A DNA stretch of 60,000 nucleotides from contig NC_058383.1 of the NCBI RefSeq assembly GCF_018350175.1, positions 17,858,001 through 17,918,000 of the forward strand. Direction: 5' to 3'. The position numbers were made by a program, and so were the translations under genes. Below are positions 12,993 through 27,071 of this stretch, in pieces; within the stretch, counting starts at the first letter, position 1; each line of letters opens with the position of its first letter. Source of the stretch: Felis catus (Eukaryota). A model generated the notes under the pieces. That model did not search any database. It had not been told where the DNA came from and saw nothing but the letters and a program-made list of their open reading frames with translations.

Positions 12993-13039
12993 CTTTTTTT
13001 TAATTTTTTTTTATTTTTAACGTTTATTTATTTAGTTAT

Positions 13040-13078
<39 letters not shown>

Positions 13079-13240
13079 AAGCGGGGGAGGGCCAGGGAGA
13101 GAGGGAGAGAGAATCCCAAGAGGGCTCTGCACTGACAGCAAGGAGCCCGATGTGGGGCTTGAACTCACGAACTGTGAGATCATGACCCGAGTGGAAACCA
13201 AGAGTTAGACGCTTAACCCACCGAGCCACCCAGGCGCCCC
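12993..13240 (-). mobile_element. CAN-SINE
   Basis: TSD TGGAGTAATCTTT. Confidence 0.9.
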
Positions 13241-13305
13241 TGGAGTAATCTTTTTAAAAAATGTATATCAGACCACACATTTCCCTTTCTTAAAAAGCTC
13301 TTCAT

Positions 13306-13520
13306 GGGGCGCCTGGGTGGCGCAGTCGGTTAAGCGTCCGACTTCAGCCAGGTCACGATCTCGCGGTCCATGAGTTCGAGCCCCGCATCGGGCTCTGGGC
13401 TGATGGCTCAGAGCCTGGAGCCTGTTTCGGATTCTGTGTCTCCCTCTCTCTCTGCCCCTCCCCCATTCATGCTCTGTCTCTCTCTGTCTCAAAAATAAAT
13501 AAACGTTAAAAAAAAAATTT
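13306..13520 (+). mobile_element. Young feline CAN-SINE (SINEC_Fc-like)
   Basis: Near-consensus; TSD AAAAAGCTCTTCAT. Confidence 0.92.
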
Positions 13521-14654
13521 AAAAAGCTCTTCATTACTTGCCATTGCTCTTTGTTGTTTATTTAAAAAACATATTTTTAAATGTTTATTTATTTTTGAGA
13601 GGGGGGAGGGGCAGAGAGACAGAAGGAGAAAGAATTTCAAGCAGGCTCTGCACTCTCAGCACAGAGCCCAATTCAGGGCTCAAACCCACAAACCATGAGA
13701 TCATGACCTGAGCTGAAATCAAGAGTTGGATGCTTAACCGACTGAGCCACCCAGGCACCCCTGCCATCACTCTTTAGATTAAAACCCAAGCTACTGATGA
13801 GGAAATGGAAGGCCTTTGCCTCTCTCTCCAACCTTCTCTCATTTACTCACCACACTGCTATCACCTTGACCTTTTTCTGTTCCTCCAGCTTGCCTGCCCA
13901 TCCCCCACCTCCGGGCCCCTGAGCTGATGATAAGGCTCTTTGCCCACATTCCTCACATGGCTGTTTGATTCTCATCTTTCGTGTCTTGGCTCAAATGTCA
14001 TCTCAGAGTGAATTTCACCTCCATTAAAGAAAACAAAAAGGCATCTAGAAAGGCCTTCCTTGAAAAGCCTATCTATAGTGGCTTCCCCCACTCCCCCATA
14101 AACCTTTCTATCCAACTTATTCATTTTCTTTATAGCACTTATCATAATCTCTAATTATCCTGTTTGGTTTTTTTTTTTTTCTTTATCCAACCCGAATATG
14201 AGCTCCATGTTGACACTACCCCTGAGTGCCTTGTTCACGGCCCCCGGTACCTGGTTGGTGCAAGCATGAATTAATACAATGAAAATCATCCCACCAGCCT
14301 TGCAAGGCTCCTGAGAGCAATGAATTAAATGATACAGATAAACTGTCTATTACCTGTAAGCTTTCAAGAAACGCACTGATTACTGTGAAGATTTGTTCAT
14401 TCACTCTTAATAAATGTTTAGAACAACTAAATATTTGGTGCCACGGATACAACGGTCAAAAGGCAGACACAATGCTTGCCATGACAGACCTCACAGTGTG
14501 GCGTGGGAGGCAGACACGGAGCGGATGATTCAATACAACGGAAGTCTCGGGGGCCAGGATAGGGAACACACAGCCGTTACCACGACACCCAACCTAGACT
14601 CGAGTTCAGTGAGAGCTTGTCAGAGGCAGGGACATCTGAAATACGATCTGGAGA

Positions 14655-15065
14655 CTTTCTGGCAGTGCTGACCTGCCCAAGAGAACATGCCTCTCGCGAA
14701 GGACCTCCTGCCCCCGTCCCCGGAAGAGGAGGAGAGGAAGCCCAAGAAGAAGCGCCTGGTGCAGAGCCCCAACTCCTACTTCACGGGCGTGAAGTGCCCA
14801 GGATGCTACAAAATCACGACCATGTTCAGCCACGTGCAGACCGCGGTGCTGTCTGGGGGCTGCTCCACCCTCCTGTGCCAGCCGACAGAAGGACAAGCAA
14901 GGCTCACGGAAGGATGCTCCTTCAGATGGAAGCAGCACTAAAAGCCCCGAGTCAACATGAGTGGGGAACTATCCCAACAAACAGATTTAGGATTAAAAAA
15001 AATAATAATAAAATAAAATAAGATAGAATAGAATAGAATAGAATAGAATAAAATAAAATAAAATA
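14655..15065 (+). pseudogene. RPS27: RPS27 processed retrocopy; intact 84-aa ORF 14687-14941, antisense in ITGAL intron 9
   Basis: MPLAKDLL...GCSFRWKQH, intronless, TOP-like 5' end CTTTC, decayed poly(A), TSD AAATA(C/T)GATCTGGAG at 14639-14653 and 15066-15080. Confidence 0.92.
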
Positions 15066-15161
15066 AAATATGATCTGGAGCATGAGGAAAGGCAGGCCAG
15101 GATAGGGGATCAGAGCTCGATTTGTACACAGCCTACGAGGTACCAAGCACTTTGCTAAGCA

Positions 15162-15615
15162 GTGGTTAGGGCCTGAACTGTGTTCTGTAAAAAAAAGATA
15201 TTTTCACGTTCTAACCCCTAGTACTTCAGAATGTGGCCTTGTCTGGAAATAGGGTCTTTGCAGTGTAATTAAACTAAAATGAAGTCATTGGGGTAGGCCT
15301 TGATCCAATATGACTGGTGTCCTTATAAAAAAGGGAAATTTGGACACAGAGAGACAGACACACACAGAGAGAAGATGGCCAGGTGGCAAGAGGGATGCAG
15401 CTACAAGCCAAGGGATGCTAGGGACTGTGGGCGAACACTGGAAGTTAGGAGAGGCAAGGAAGCACTCTCTTCTAGAACCATCAGAAAGAGCACGCCCCTG
15501 CCGAACACTTCATTTCTGACTTCTGGGCTCCAGAACTGCAAGATGGTAAATTTCTGTTGCTTTAAGCCACTCAGTTTTTGGTGCTCTGTTACAGCAGCCC
15601 TAGGAAACTAAAACA
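15162..15615 (+). mobile_element. MaLR LTR (MLT1-like)
   Basis: GGAAATAGGGTCTTTGCAG, CCAATATGACTGGTGTCCTTATAA, ends ACAGCAGCCCTAGGAAACTAAAACA. Confidence 0.8.
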
Positions 15616-15729
15616 ACAGTTAAACCTTCCAGTGTTGTGACATTGGTATTATCCCCATTCAGCAGAGAAAGAGCCTCAGGGAGAGAAACTGACCTGGCTG
15701 AGGTCACACAGCACAGGCAGAACGGATTC

Positions 15730-15791
15730 TTTTTTTTTTTTTTTAAAGTTTATTTGTTTATTTTGAGAGAGAGAGAGAAAGAGTAGGGAGG

Positions 15792-15829
<38 letters not shown>

Positions 15830-16226
15830 GAGAGAGAATCCGAAGCAGGCTCCACACTGTTAGCCTGGAGCCTGATGAGGGGCTCAAACTCATGATCGTG
15901 ACCTGAGTCAAAATCCAGAGTCAGACACTTAACTAACTGAGCCACCCAGGCCCCCCGACAGAGTGGATTCTTGAGTGGTCTACCCAATCCCGTTATATAT
16001 ACATAGCTTCGGGGAGCCTGGGTGGCTCAGTCGGTTGAGCGTCCGACTTCGGCTCAGGTCACGATCTCACGGTTCATCGGTTCAAGCCTCGCGTCAGGCT
16101 CTGGGCTGACGCCTTACTCAGAGCCTGGAGGCTGCTTCAGATTCTGTGTCTCCTTCTCTCTCTGCCCCTCCCCTGCTCGTGCTCTGTCTCACTCTGTCTC
16201 TCAAAAATAAATAAATATTTTAAAAA
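15730..16226. mobile_element. Head-to-head CAN-SINE pair
   Basis: Minus copy 15730-15956 and plus copy 16011-16226. Confidence 0.85.
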
Positions 16227-16797
16227 TCATATATACATTGCTTCTTCAACTGAACTGAACACCAAGCCTGTGTCCTAGCAAAGGGGCCTTGCCAGAAAGA
16301 ATCATGTACCTTTCAGCAGACTAGGATTCCTGGGGAATTACCCTCCCAAGGCAAGTGTTCTATCCAGAGGCTACAGTCAAAACCTTTTATTCTGGGCCAA
16401 GAGGGCCCATGGGCTCCCTGCGCTCAGCCGCTGTCCACTTGCCCATCTTAAGTAATTTGAAGATAAGTAAAAATGAGGGAGCTGGCAGAGGAGGGGGAGG
16501 AATTATAGTCTTTCCAGAGCCCTCGGTTGACACCAGCAAAATAGGGGTCAATTCTGGCTCCACCCCAGACCAAGCTGAGCTTTCCAAAGAAGATGGAATT
16601 TCAGAGGGAAACAGAGGCTGGTCCTTAAAGCATCCTCTCCTAAATTTCCTCCTGAGGTCCTATTCCAGGAGAGCTCTTGACACAGCGTTAGATACTCCAT
16701 AAGCGCGCGTTATTATTACTGTGTCTCTAGTCTGATGTCCCAGAAGTGTTTCTGTAAACAACTTCCCAGACTCTCTCTCCCCGGGTCAGCCACTCAC

Positions 16798-16948
16798 CCT
16801 CAATGGCATAGATCTTCTTTTGCAGCTCAGTGAACAGATCTTTAAGCTTCTCGAACGTGGCCAGAATCTTTACGAACTCCTTTGCAGGTTTTGAGGCAAA
16901 CTTGTGGAGCGTTTCCTGACTTTCCTTGGTTTCAAAATGCTTTCCGAT
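16798..16948 (-). CDS. ITGAL: ITGAL exon 9, end of I-domain ([21 protein letters not shown]...[10 protein letters not shown])
   Basis: AG/GT bounded, 151 nt. Confidence 0.95.
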
Positions 16949-17102
16949 CTGTGAGGGAGTAAAGAGTGGAGAGCTGGCATTCCCAGAATCACAGACCAAT
17001 TTTCTAATATTTTCACAAAGCCCTGGCCCCAAGGAGAAAGGGGAGTGGGGGTTCAGGAACAGGAGAGGAAAGAGGGGACAAGCCAGGAGCCAGGGCCCGT
17101 AC

Positions 17103-17238
17103 CCCAATGATGTAGCGGATGATGTCTTTGGCTGAGTCAATGTTCTGATCTGAGTCAGTGGCTTCCCCGTCAGTGATGATGATAAGCACTTTGGTGGCAT
17201 CTGGCCGGGCCCCCCGGTCTTGCTGGAACACCTCTTTC
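17103..17238 (-). CDS. ITGAL: ITGAL exon 8, I-domain ([45 protein letters not shown])
   Basis: AG/GT bounded, 136 nt, ITDGEA MIDAS Asp. Confidence 0.94.
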
Positions 17239-19042
17239 CTGTGTCCAGGAAGGCGGGCGATGTGAAAGACTCCTCCAGATCATGGTCCCCCTGACTCATC
17301 CAGCTCATTAAGTCACTGTCCTGCTGATTATGCAAAAGCCCTTCTCCCATCCCCCAGGCAGGTATTCCCAGCCTTCAAAGTTCTCTTCTGAACTGCCTAC
17401 CTAACCCTACCTCGCCCTTGCTGCCACACCTCTCCTCCCGACCCTGCTCTTCCACAGAATTCTGGGCGGCCAGGGGGCTGTCCCCAGAGCCCATGGGCAG
17501 CGATAGGGAGGCTTTCTGAGGAGCTATCTGGGCTTCCTACGCTCCAGTTCAACCACACGCAACTACTCTTTCACCAGTTAGACATGTTGGGGATCCAGGT
17601 GAGATTTCAGTGCGGAAAACGGGCTCCACGGCTGGAGAAAACTGGGAAGTCACTTTTCCAGAGCAAGCTAATCTAGCACCCCCTATCCACCCTGCCTCCC
17701 CCACCATCGCCAGGCCGCCTGTAGACCTCTGCTACAGCAAGTCTCCCAGGGGACTGAAGTGACTTGTTTCCATGTCAGTTTTCCCCAAACCGCGAGTTCC
17801 TCAAGGAAGGACCACGTCTGATTTGCTGCTGTATCCCTGGCTCCTGACAAGTAGGCACTCAGTGCATGTGACATAAAAGGAGGACGGGAGTACTGAATGT
17901 CGGACAGGCCAAGGCTCCAAAGTCCCACCTGTCCACAGCCTCCTTCTGAAGCAAGAGAGGGTGCCCACGGCTTCTGTTGGGAGAGCAGCTCTATGTGTAC
18001 CATCTGATCCTTCCCACCCCACAGCCAACAGAGATGGACAATTAACCCAAGAGTAGCAGGTCTACAACCCCCGACTTATGACATGACCTGCTTTGGGAGC
18101 AGAAGCTCAAAGTCACACAGAGGGGCTGCGGCGGCAGGTGGAGGAGAGACGCAGAGAGAAGGGCAGGAGAGCCCCCTGGAAGCTTTAGAATGGAGGAGCT
18201 CTGACAGGCAGGGCTGAGACCCCTGTTCTATCTTGGATGCAAACTGTTTCCCCAAACTCTGTCCACACGGACATGGCCTCTCATGGCTGTTCATGGATTT
18301 CCACCCAGGTTTCAAATTTTTTAAAATGTTTATTTATTTTTGAGAGAGAGAGAGAGAGAGAGCAAGCAAGCACACGTGTGAGTAAGTGAGCAGGGGAGGG
18401 GAAGAGAGAGAGGGAGACACAGAATCCAAAGCAGGCTCCAGGCTCTAAGCTGTCAGCACAGAGCCCGACGTGGGGCTCAAACTCACGAACCATTAGATCA
18501 CGACCTAAGCCGAGGTCAGACACTTAACTGACTGGGCCACCCAGGTGCCCTGATTTCCACCCTGGTTTAAACCACCATAACCTCTCATCTGGATTTTGCG
18601 GTAGCCTCCTACCTGGCCTCCCTGCTCCCATCCTTGCCCCCTCCACAGGCTAATAGCAGCCAGAGGGATCCTTTTAAAAACATAAATCAGATGATCACCC
18701 CTCTGCTCAAAACCTCCAATGGACTTGTCTTCTCACTTTGAGGGAAAGCCAAAGTCCTCACTATGGCCTCCAAGTCCCTAAGTACTTGGATTCCCAGGTT
18801 CTCTCTGACCTCACCTCCTACTACTTCCACCCCTATTTACTTCTCTCCAGCCACACTGGTGTCCTGGTTGTTCTTGGAGCCTCCCAAGCACATTCCCATC
18901 TCATGGCCTTTGCTATTCCCTCTGCCTGGGACAGTTTCCTCACCTTCAACGAGTCTTTGCTCACAGGTAACCTTCCCTCATCTTTCTACTGAATATTGCT
19001 TGCTTTTTCTTTTTTCTTTTTTAATCTTTATTTATTTTTGAC

Positions 19043-19079
<37 letters not shown>

Positions 19080-20271
19080 GAGCAGGGGAGGGAACAGACA
19101 GAGAGGGAGACGCAGAATCCAAAGCAGGCTCCAGGCTCCGAGCTGTTAGCACAGAGCCTGACGCGGGGCTCGAACCCACGAACCACGAGATCATGACCTG
19201 AGCCAGAGTCAGACGCTTAACCGACTGAGCCACCCAGGCGCCCCTGCTTTATTTTTCTTTATAAAACTTACATCTTCTACTATAGTATCAAATTGACTTC
19301 TTTATCCTATCTGTTGCATTTCCCTCCCCTAATACAATGTTGAACCTCGAGAGGGTAGAGATTTTTGTTTCAATTACTGCTCTATTCCCAGAATCTAGAA
19401 CTCGGCATACATGGCCAAAACCAGCCCACAGCTTGTTTCTGTATGGTCCATGTGTAAAAAATGGCTTTTATCTATTTTTTATAAGAATTACAAAAACAAA
19501 CAAAGAAGAATATGCAAGAGATACTAGATGTGGCCAGAAAGCCTAAAATATACTACCCAACTCTTTTCAGAAAAAATTAGCCAAGCCCTGGCCTTGAATA
19601 CTGCCTGGCACACAGTCAGGTAGTCAAGAAATATTTATAAAATATATTTCTATGGCTGCTCCTTTTTGCTTCTACAGTTGACACCTTTTGGGGTACCTTT
19701 CCATCCTATCATGACCTCTTTCTCTAAGAAACTGCCCCCTTCCCACAGAGGTGGGACCCCAGAATCCACATCTGTGCTATGTGACTTTATGCCACAGAGC
19801 AGAGCTGGATGGACCCGTGGACACCTAACCCAGGCTCGGCCAATCAGATTTTCTCTCCTGGAAGCTGGAATTCGGGTTGCTCATCCGAACTGAGGAACTG
19901 AGGCTGCTATTTTTTCTATGGACATGGCTTGCCACGGACCCACCAAAGCTGTCCATAGACAGGGAAGAATGAAGCAGACAGGACAGGTCAAGTGAGCCCC
20001 AGAAGAAAAGAGGTGGAAACACATCTGTAGAGTCTTAAGGACCTGCATCACTTGCATGTGTAACTAATGCAAATTCAACTATACCTGCCCAGCAAAGGAA
20101 TGAAAATGTGAAAAACAAGCATCATAGCACAGGAGGCCCATGCGGCTCTTTCAATGGATTTGACTGTGTGCCCAGGGGAGCATGAGATGGAAGATATAAT
20201 TCTCTTATTCCCCAAATTGCTTCCATGTTTCCACGTTTCCAGTTTTCATAGCCACTTTAATGTTGAAAGAT

Positions 20272-21108
20272 GGGCATTTCTGGCTCAGTCGGTTAAGCGT
20301 CGGACTCTTGGTTTTGGCTCAGGTCGTGATCTCATGGTTTCGTGGGTTTGAGCCCCGTGTCGGGCTCTGTGCTGGCAGTGTGGAGCATGTTTGGGATTCT
20401 ATCTCTTCCTCTCTCTGCCCCTCCCCCATTCTTGCCGTCTCTTTCTCTCAAAATAAATAACTATAGGTCTTAAAATTTTTTTAAATGTTTCTTCATTTTT
20501 GAGAGAGAGACAGAACGTGAGAGTGGGTAGGGGGAGAGAGAGGGGGACACAAAATCTGAAGCAGGTTCCAGGCTCCGAGCTGTCAGCACAGAGCTGGATG
20601 TGGGGCATGAACTCACAATCCGCAAGATCATGACCTGAGCCAAAGTGGGACGTTTAACTGACTGAGCCACCCAGGTGCCCCAGGAAAGGTATTTTTTTTT
20701 TAATGTTTATTATTTCTGAGAGAGAGAGAGAGAGACAGAGCATGAACAGGGGAGGGGCAGAAAGAAAGGAAGACACAGAATGCGAAACAGGCTCCAGGCT
20801 CTGAGTGTCAGCACAGAAGCCCGATACGGGACTCAAACCCACGAACCATGAGCTCATGACCAGAGCCGAAGTCAGACGCTTAACTGGCTGAGCCACCCAG
20901 GCACCCCCAAGATAAGTATTTTTTTTTAATATACAATATGGGGGAGCGTGGCTGGCTCAGTAGAGCATGCAACTCTCAATTGAATTCTCAGGGTTGCTAG
21001 TTCAAGCCCCACGATGGGTATGGAGCCTACTTTAAAAAAAAATAAATGAAATGAATGAACGAATGAATGAATGAATGAACAAATAAATACATAAAATAAA
21101 CAAACAAA
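20272..21108. mobile_element. Cluster of four CAN-SINEs (+,-,-,+)
   Basis: Four heads and tails recognisable. Confidence 0.85.
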
Positions 21109-21109
21109 C

Positions 21110-22305
<1,196 letters not shown>

Positions 22306-22969
22306 TACATAATATGGCCCTTCAACACACTCCAGCTACATTCATCTAGGCCTCACTTTAAACACAGCCATCTGGCATCTGTTTTCTGTCTGTGCGTCCT
22401 GTCCCTGTGCTTTAATAAAACCACCTTTTTTGCACCGAAAACAACAACAACAACAATAACAATAAAGCCATCTGGTCCAACTCTGGGGGAAAAAAACTTC
22501 TATAGTAGATTTAGGAAATCAGGATATGCTAATTTCCAACGTGGACTTGAATATGTCGAATTTTAGAACAGTTCAAGGAATTCTTCAAGGACAATTTTGA
22601 CTATCAGAGATTTTTGTTCACACACTGACTCCAGAAGCCGATCACCATCTATGATGGGACTCTACCATGGCTTCCATGTTCACGATCACTTTCCAAGTCT
22701 TAATTCTAGTCCCTCACGAGGTCTGGCCATACTCCCTGCCCCAAAGGTTTATGAGCTATCCCTGCATCCTCCCAAGAACTGCCCTGGGGGATTTAGTTCG
22801 TATAAAGTAGGTTTCTGTTACTTACAATTAGAAGAAACTGTACTAAAATAGCTCCACTTGAATTCTTCCAATAACCCGCCCCTTGCTGAGCCCACCTGTT
22901 GAGTTCCTACACCCTGAAACGTGAAGAAGCCAACAAAGAGTGGGCTCTCTCCTGCACAAGGGGACTCAC

Positions 22970-23115
22970 GTGACATAGTTGATGGCATGAAAGGTATTGG
23001 TCAACAGCCGCATATGTTTTACTTTGCCCAGCAGAGCATCAGGGTTCTTCACCCTAACATAATCCAAGAAACCAAATTCTGTTTTGCATTCCGTGGAAAA
23101 CTGAACCGCAGCAAA
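22970..23115 (-). CDS. ITGAL: ITGAL exon 7, I-domain ([14 protein letters not shown]...[12 protein letters not shown])
   Basis: AG/GT bounded, 146 nt; missed by the ORF track. Confidence 0.94.
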
Positions 23116-23182
23116 CTAGAAAAAGAAGAAATGAAACGGCATTACATATCCCTTCCCACGTGTCTGTTCCGATCTATTTCTT

Positions 23183-23564
23183 TTATTTAATTAATTAACT
23201 AATTAATTAATTTTAATTTACATCCAAGTTAGTTAGCATCTAGTGCAACAATGATTTCAGGAGTAGATTCCTTAGTGCCGCTTACCCATTTAGCCCATTC
23301 CCCCCTCGCACAACCCCTCCAGCAACCCTCAGTTTGTTCTCCATAGTTAAGAGTCTCTTAAGTTTTGTCCCCCTCCCTGTTTTTATATTATTTTTGCTTC
23401 CCTTCCTTTATGCTCATCTGTTTTGTATCTTAAATTCCTCATGTGAGTGAAGTCATATGATATTGGTCTTTCTCTAATTTTGCTTAGCATAATACCCTCT
23501 AGTTCCATCCACGTCGTTGCAAATGGCAAGATTTCATTCTTTTTGATTGCCAAGGAATACTCCA
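23183..23564 (-). mobile_element. 5'-truncated carnivore LINE-1 3' end
   Basis: IKKNEILPFATTWMELEGIMLS-type L1 sequence, T-rich tail, TSD ATCTATTTCTT (23172-23182, 23565-23575). Confidence 0.9.
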
Positions 23565-24244
23565 ATCTATTTCTTATCCGAGACCTGGGGAACCCAACTC
23601 CACATCCCTGCCTCAAAGCATTCTTTTGAAAATGAGGTAATATATACAGAAACACAGAAATAAAATTAAATAAGCCTCTGATCCCTTACGTCGTGCTGTC
23701 TGCTGAACTCCTATCCTCTGGGTCAGCCTGCCTCACCAGTGGGGATGGCTTCTAGTAACCATATTTGTGCTGAATGACCCTGCTAAACTGACTACAGCTG
23801 GTTGGGCCACAGAGAGAGAGCCACTTGACTGAGGCTAGGCCAGTCAGAATCTATTCTCCGGGAATTTGGAATTTGCAGAGGGAGGGGTTGGTTGAGAGGC
23901 AAAAAAAAAAAAACAAAACAAAAAAAAAACAAAAAAAACAACCCATCCTCCTGAAACCTTCACATGTGAACTTGGGAGCTTTCCACAGTCTCATGTGATC
24001 CAAAGAAGCTGAGGGAGCTAGTCTGCAAGAGAGAAGAGGGAAGCAAAAGCCAAAAAGAAACAGAAATGAGAACTAAGGAAAATCCTACAAGCTTTTTACT
24101 TCCTGGTTCTTGACTCTTCCAGAGATCCAGTTACACCGTGGCTTTAGATTCTGGAGACACCTCATGCTAAATTTTTTTATGCCTTAAGCTAGCTCAAGTA
24201 GGCATGTATTGCCTACAAACAGAAAAGCTAATTAATATATTTAC

Positions 24245-24375
24245 CTGATAGGAAGAGTTGCTGAGTTTCCTCATCACATCCTTCATGAAGTCCAGAATTT
24301 TCTGAAATTCATCTTGCTGCAGGCTCATTGAACCATCAAACAGAAATACCAAGTCTACGTTGCCCTTTATACATT
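24245..24375 (-). CDS. ITGAL: ITGAL exon 6, start of I-domain with MIDAS DGSMS
   Basis: [43 protein letters not shown]; 131 nt. Confidence 0.96.
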
Positions 24376-24500
24376 CTACAGAGGCCAGACACAAAGGGAC
24401 TTAATGAAGTGTCTCCATGGCTTGGCCTGCCCATGCTGGTTCCCTCGTATGAGCAACCACTTGGGAGAGATTTTTACCCATCAGATCCCCAGCTCCTTAC

Positions 24501-24618
24501 CCTGATAACCAGGATGACTTTGCAGCACAGGACCCTTCAGATTCTGGTCGAAAAGGTAACACAGGCCACTCAGATAAACATTCTGGTCACATGTCCGAGA
24601 CAGTCCAGGGTCACAGGC
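24501..24618 (-). CDS. ITGAL: ITGAL exon 5 ([39 protein letters not shown])
   Basis: AG/GT bounded, 118 nt. Confidence 0.94.
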
Positions 24619-25999
24619 CTGAAGGAAGCAAAGGTTAAAAAAAGAAGGGTTAGGGCTTCCTTTTCCTGTGTGTCTTTTGGGCATCATCAGTCAAGAACAA
24701 GAACCTTCAGAGTCATCATCCCCTATCCTCACTCCCCACATCCAACTGGTTATGCCTAGAGCACAGAGTCTAAACTCTTGAGTTTGGCATTCATATTGTT
24801 TACAGTTGAGCACTACCCCACATTTCCAGGCCCTTCTTCTTCCATTCCCAATCACACATTCTGTGTTTAAGCCAAATCACTCACTATTCCCGGAATATAC
24901 AGTGTTGTTTCTTTCATTTATGACTATCTCTCCTGCCAAGCTGCAATTTTTCTTGAAAGTCAGAGCTCATGTCATCTTTGTATCTCACTCCTCTGACCCC
25001 ATCAGAACCCAGCACATCGGCTGGCATGTTAATAACAGCTAAGTAAACAAGCTCAAATTAAATACTGGGTAAATATTTAACTCAGCTAGCCTTCTATCTC
25101 TCACATACCTGTGTCAGAAGATGCTGCTGGGATGAACTGTAAAGACCAATGGGCTTACAATCAAATGGGAATTTGACTCCAATCCTGGCTCTACCTCTTT
25201 AAAACCATGTGACCTTGGGGCACCTGGGTGGCTCAGTTGGTTGAGCATCTGACTCTTGATTTCAGCTCAGGTCATGATCTCGTGGTTTGTGAGTTCGAGC
25301 CCCACGTCGGGCTCTGTGTTGACAGTGTGGAGTCTGCTTGGGATTCTCCCTCTCTCCCTGACTCTCTCTCTCGATAAATAAACTTGATAAAATATAAAAT
25401 AAAATAAAACCATGTGACCTTGGCCAAGTCTCTTAACCTCTTTGGTTTTGCTTCCTCATGTGTAAAATGTGTATACTGATCCCTATCTACCCGAGTGTCT
25501 CAAGGGTTAAAAAAGATAAAGCAGTGATTCCCAAACGGCAGGCATTTGTGTACCATGGGACAATTTCTGCCATGTGGGTGTCTCAGGCATATTATTATTT
25601 ATTTGATATTTTATTTACTTTAAATTTACTTTCTTAAAACTTTAGACTCATCCCAAGCAATTCAATCCAAGAAATCATGAATTTGATGTGTTGTATATTT
25701 TTCCTAAAAAAAAAACATTAAATAAAAATGTAACTATAAAACATTAAACGCTTGCATACCACCAAAAATCATCTCTGTACATCAGTGGTCACAGATATTT
25801 CATATTTGGAAAAAACTGATATTGGGTCTCAACAATAACTGGCTCATATTCAATTCTTAATAAACACTGATTGAATCAGAATCTCTCTGATGCTTTTAAT
25901 CTTCTACAGGATCTTTATTCCATTTTCCTTTCTTCTTCTCAATCTCTCCTTAGCGTCAAGCTTCACTGGCTCTCATATCACACTGTACAAAATTCTTAC

Positions 26000-26067
26000 C
26001 AAAAGGCTTCCCTTTGTGGCGTCTGTCGCCAGGGTCATTCCCAAGTACTTGGAGGTATAGTTGGAAC
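26000..26067 (-). CDS. ITGAL: ITGAL exon 4 (SNYTSKYLGMTLATDATKGSLL)
   Basis: AG/GT bounded, 68 nt, frame continuous. Confidence 0.92.
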
Positions 26068-26178
26068 CTGTAGACACCAGGAGATTGGGCTGGAGGAATT
26101 TAGGCAACCCAGGTGTGGTGGGCCAGCCTCAATTTCCCTGGGACACCATTCCTCCCAGTTTTCTCACCAGTTACTCAC

Positions 26179-26273
26179 CATGCAGGCTGACTGGGATGCA
26201 GTGGCCAGTGCCTGCCTGGCACTGATAGAGGTTTCCAGTGCTGTTCCCCTCACCTGGAGCTCCTACGACAACC
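26179..26273 (-). CDS. ITGAL: ITGAL exon 3 ([31 protein letters not shown])
   Basis: AG/GT bounded, 95 nt, VGAP motif. Confidence 0.93.
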
Positions 26274-26968
26274 CTGATGAGAAATCTCGCCTGTGAGATT
26301 GAGTTGTCCCGTTTTTTACCCACCCACTCCCACCCACTGAGGGTTCAGATCCACAAGAATCTCAAAGCAATGCAGCCACTCCCTTTCAGGGAGGCTCCTC
26401 AGCTCCTACCCCTTCCCTGTGGAATCCCAGATAAGATAAGCCAATACGTCAAAATTCTGGAAAGTTAAGGATCTTTTTCCATTTATTGTCTAGAAAAACT
26501 GAGGTGCAGAGAATGATGTGGGACAATGTCACATTATGAGTTCGTTCAATCAGTCATCAATTCAAATTCAGTTCAGTTCATCAGTAGCATTAATTCAGTA
26601 GCATATCTACGACGTGCTAGGCTGCGGTATACGCTAGGGATGAGGTGGGGGAAAGAGAAGCGAAATCCCTGCCGTCAGGGAGCTCACTGTCTAGTCGGAG
26701 CGCCAGTGGGAAATCTAGGAAGCGTTGCAAAGCCTTTTAGGGGCTGTGATATTTACTCTTCCGTCAGACACTTATGTGGAGCTTTAAAGATGGGCTGTCC
26801 TCGTCCTATCTGACGGCTTCGCTTCTGTTTCCGAGAAATCCCACCCCGACTCCGTGAGACGGCAAGACCCTGGGGACCCGCTGGTTCCCCATCTGGCCCA
26901 CCCGGGGCTGGGGTCCTGGCCGCCTGTACTGACTCCGCAGGGCAGGGAGGGCCTGGGAGGCAGCTCAC

Positions 26969-27071
26969 CAGTCTCCAACCTGCAGAACGCGGTACCCAAA
27001 ATGCCTCCCGGCTTGTGGGAACGAGAAGTTTTGCACGTGGCGGACTTCCAGGTTGTAGCTGGAGACCTGGG
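26969..27071 (-). CDS. ITGAL: ITGAL exon 2 ([34 protein letters not shown])
   Basis: AG/GT bounded, 103 nt, mature N-terminus YNL and FGY FG-GAP motif. Confidence 0.93.

Noticed and set aside
22970..23115. Extra Cys in the ITGAL I-domain (STECKTEF)
   Set aside because: As I recall, mouse CD11a has Cys at the same position, so likely ordinary variation
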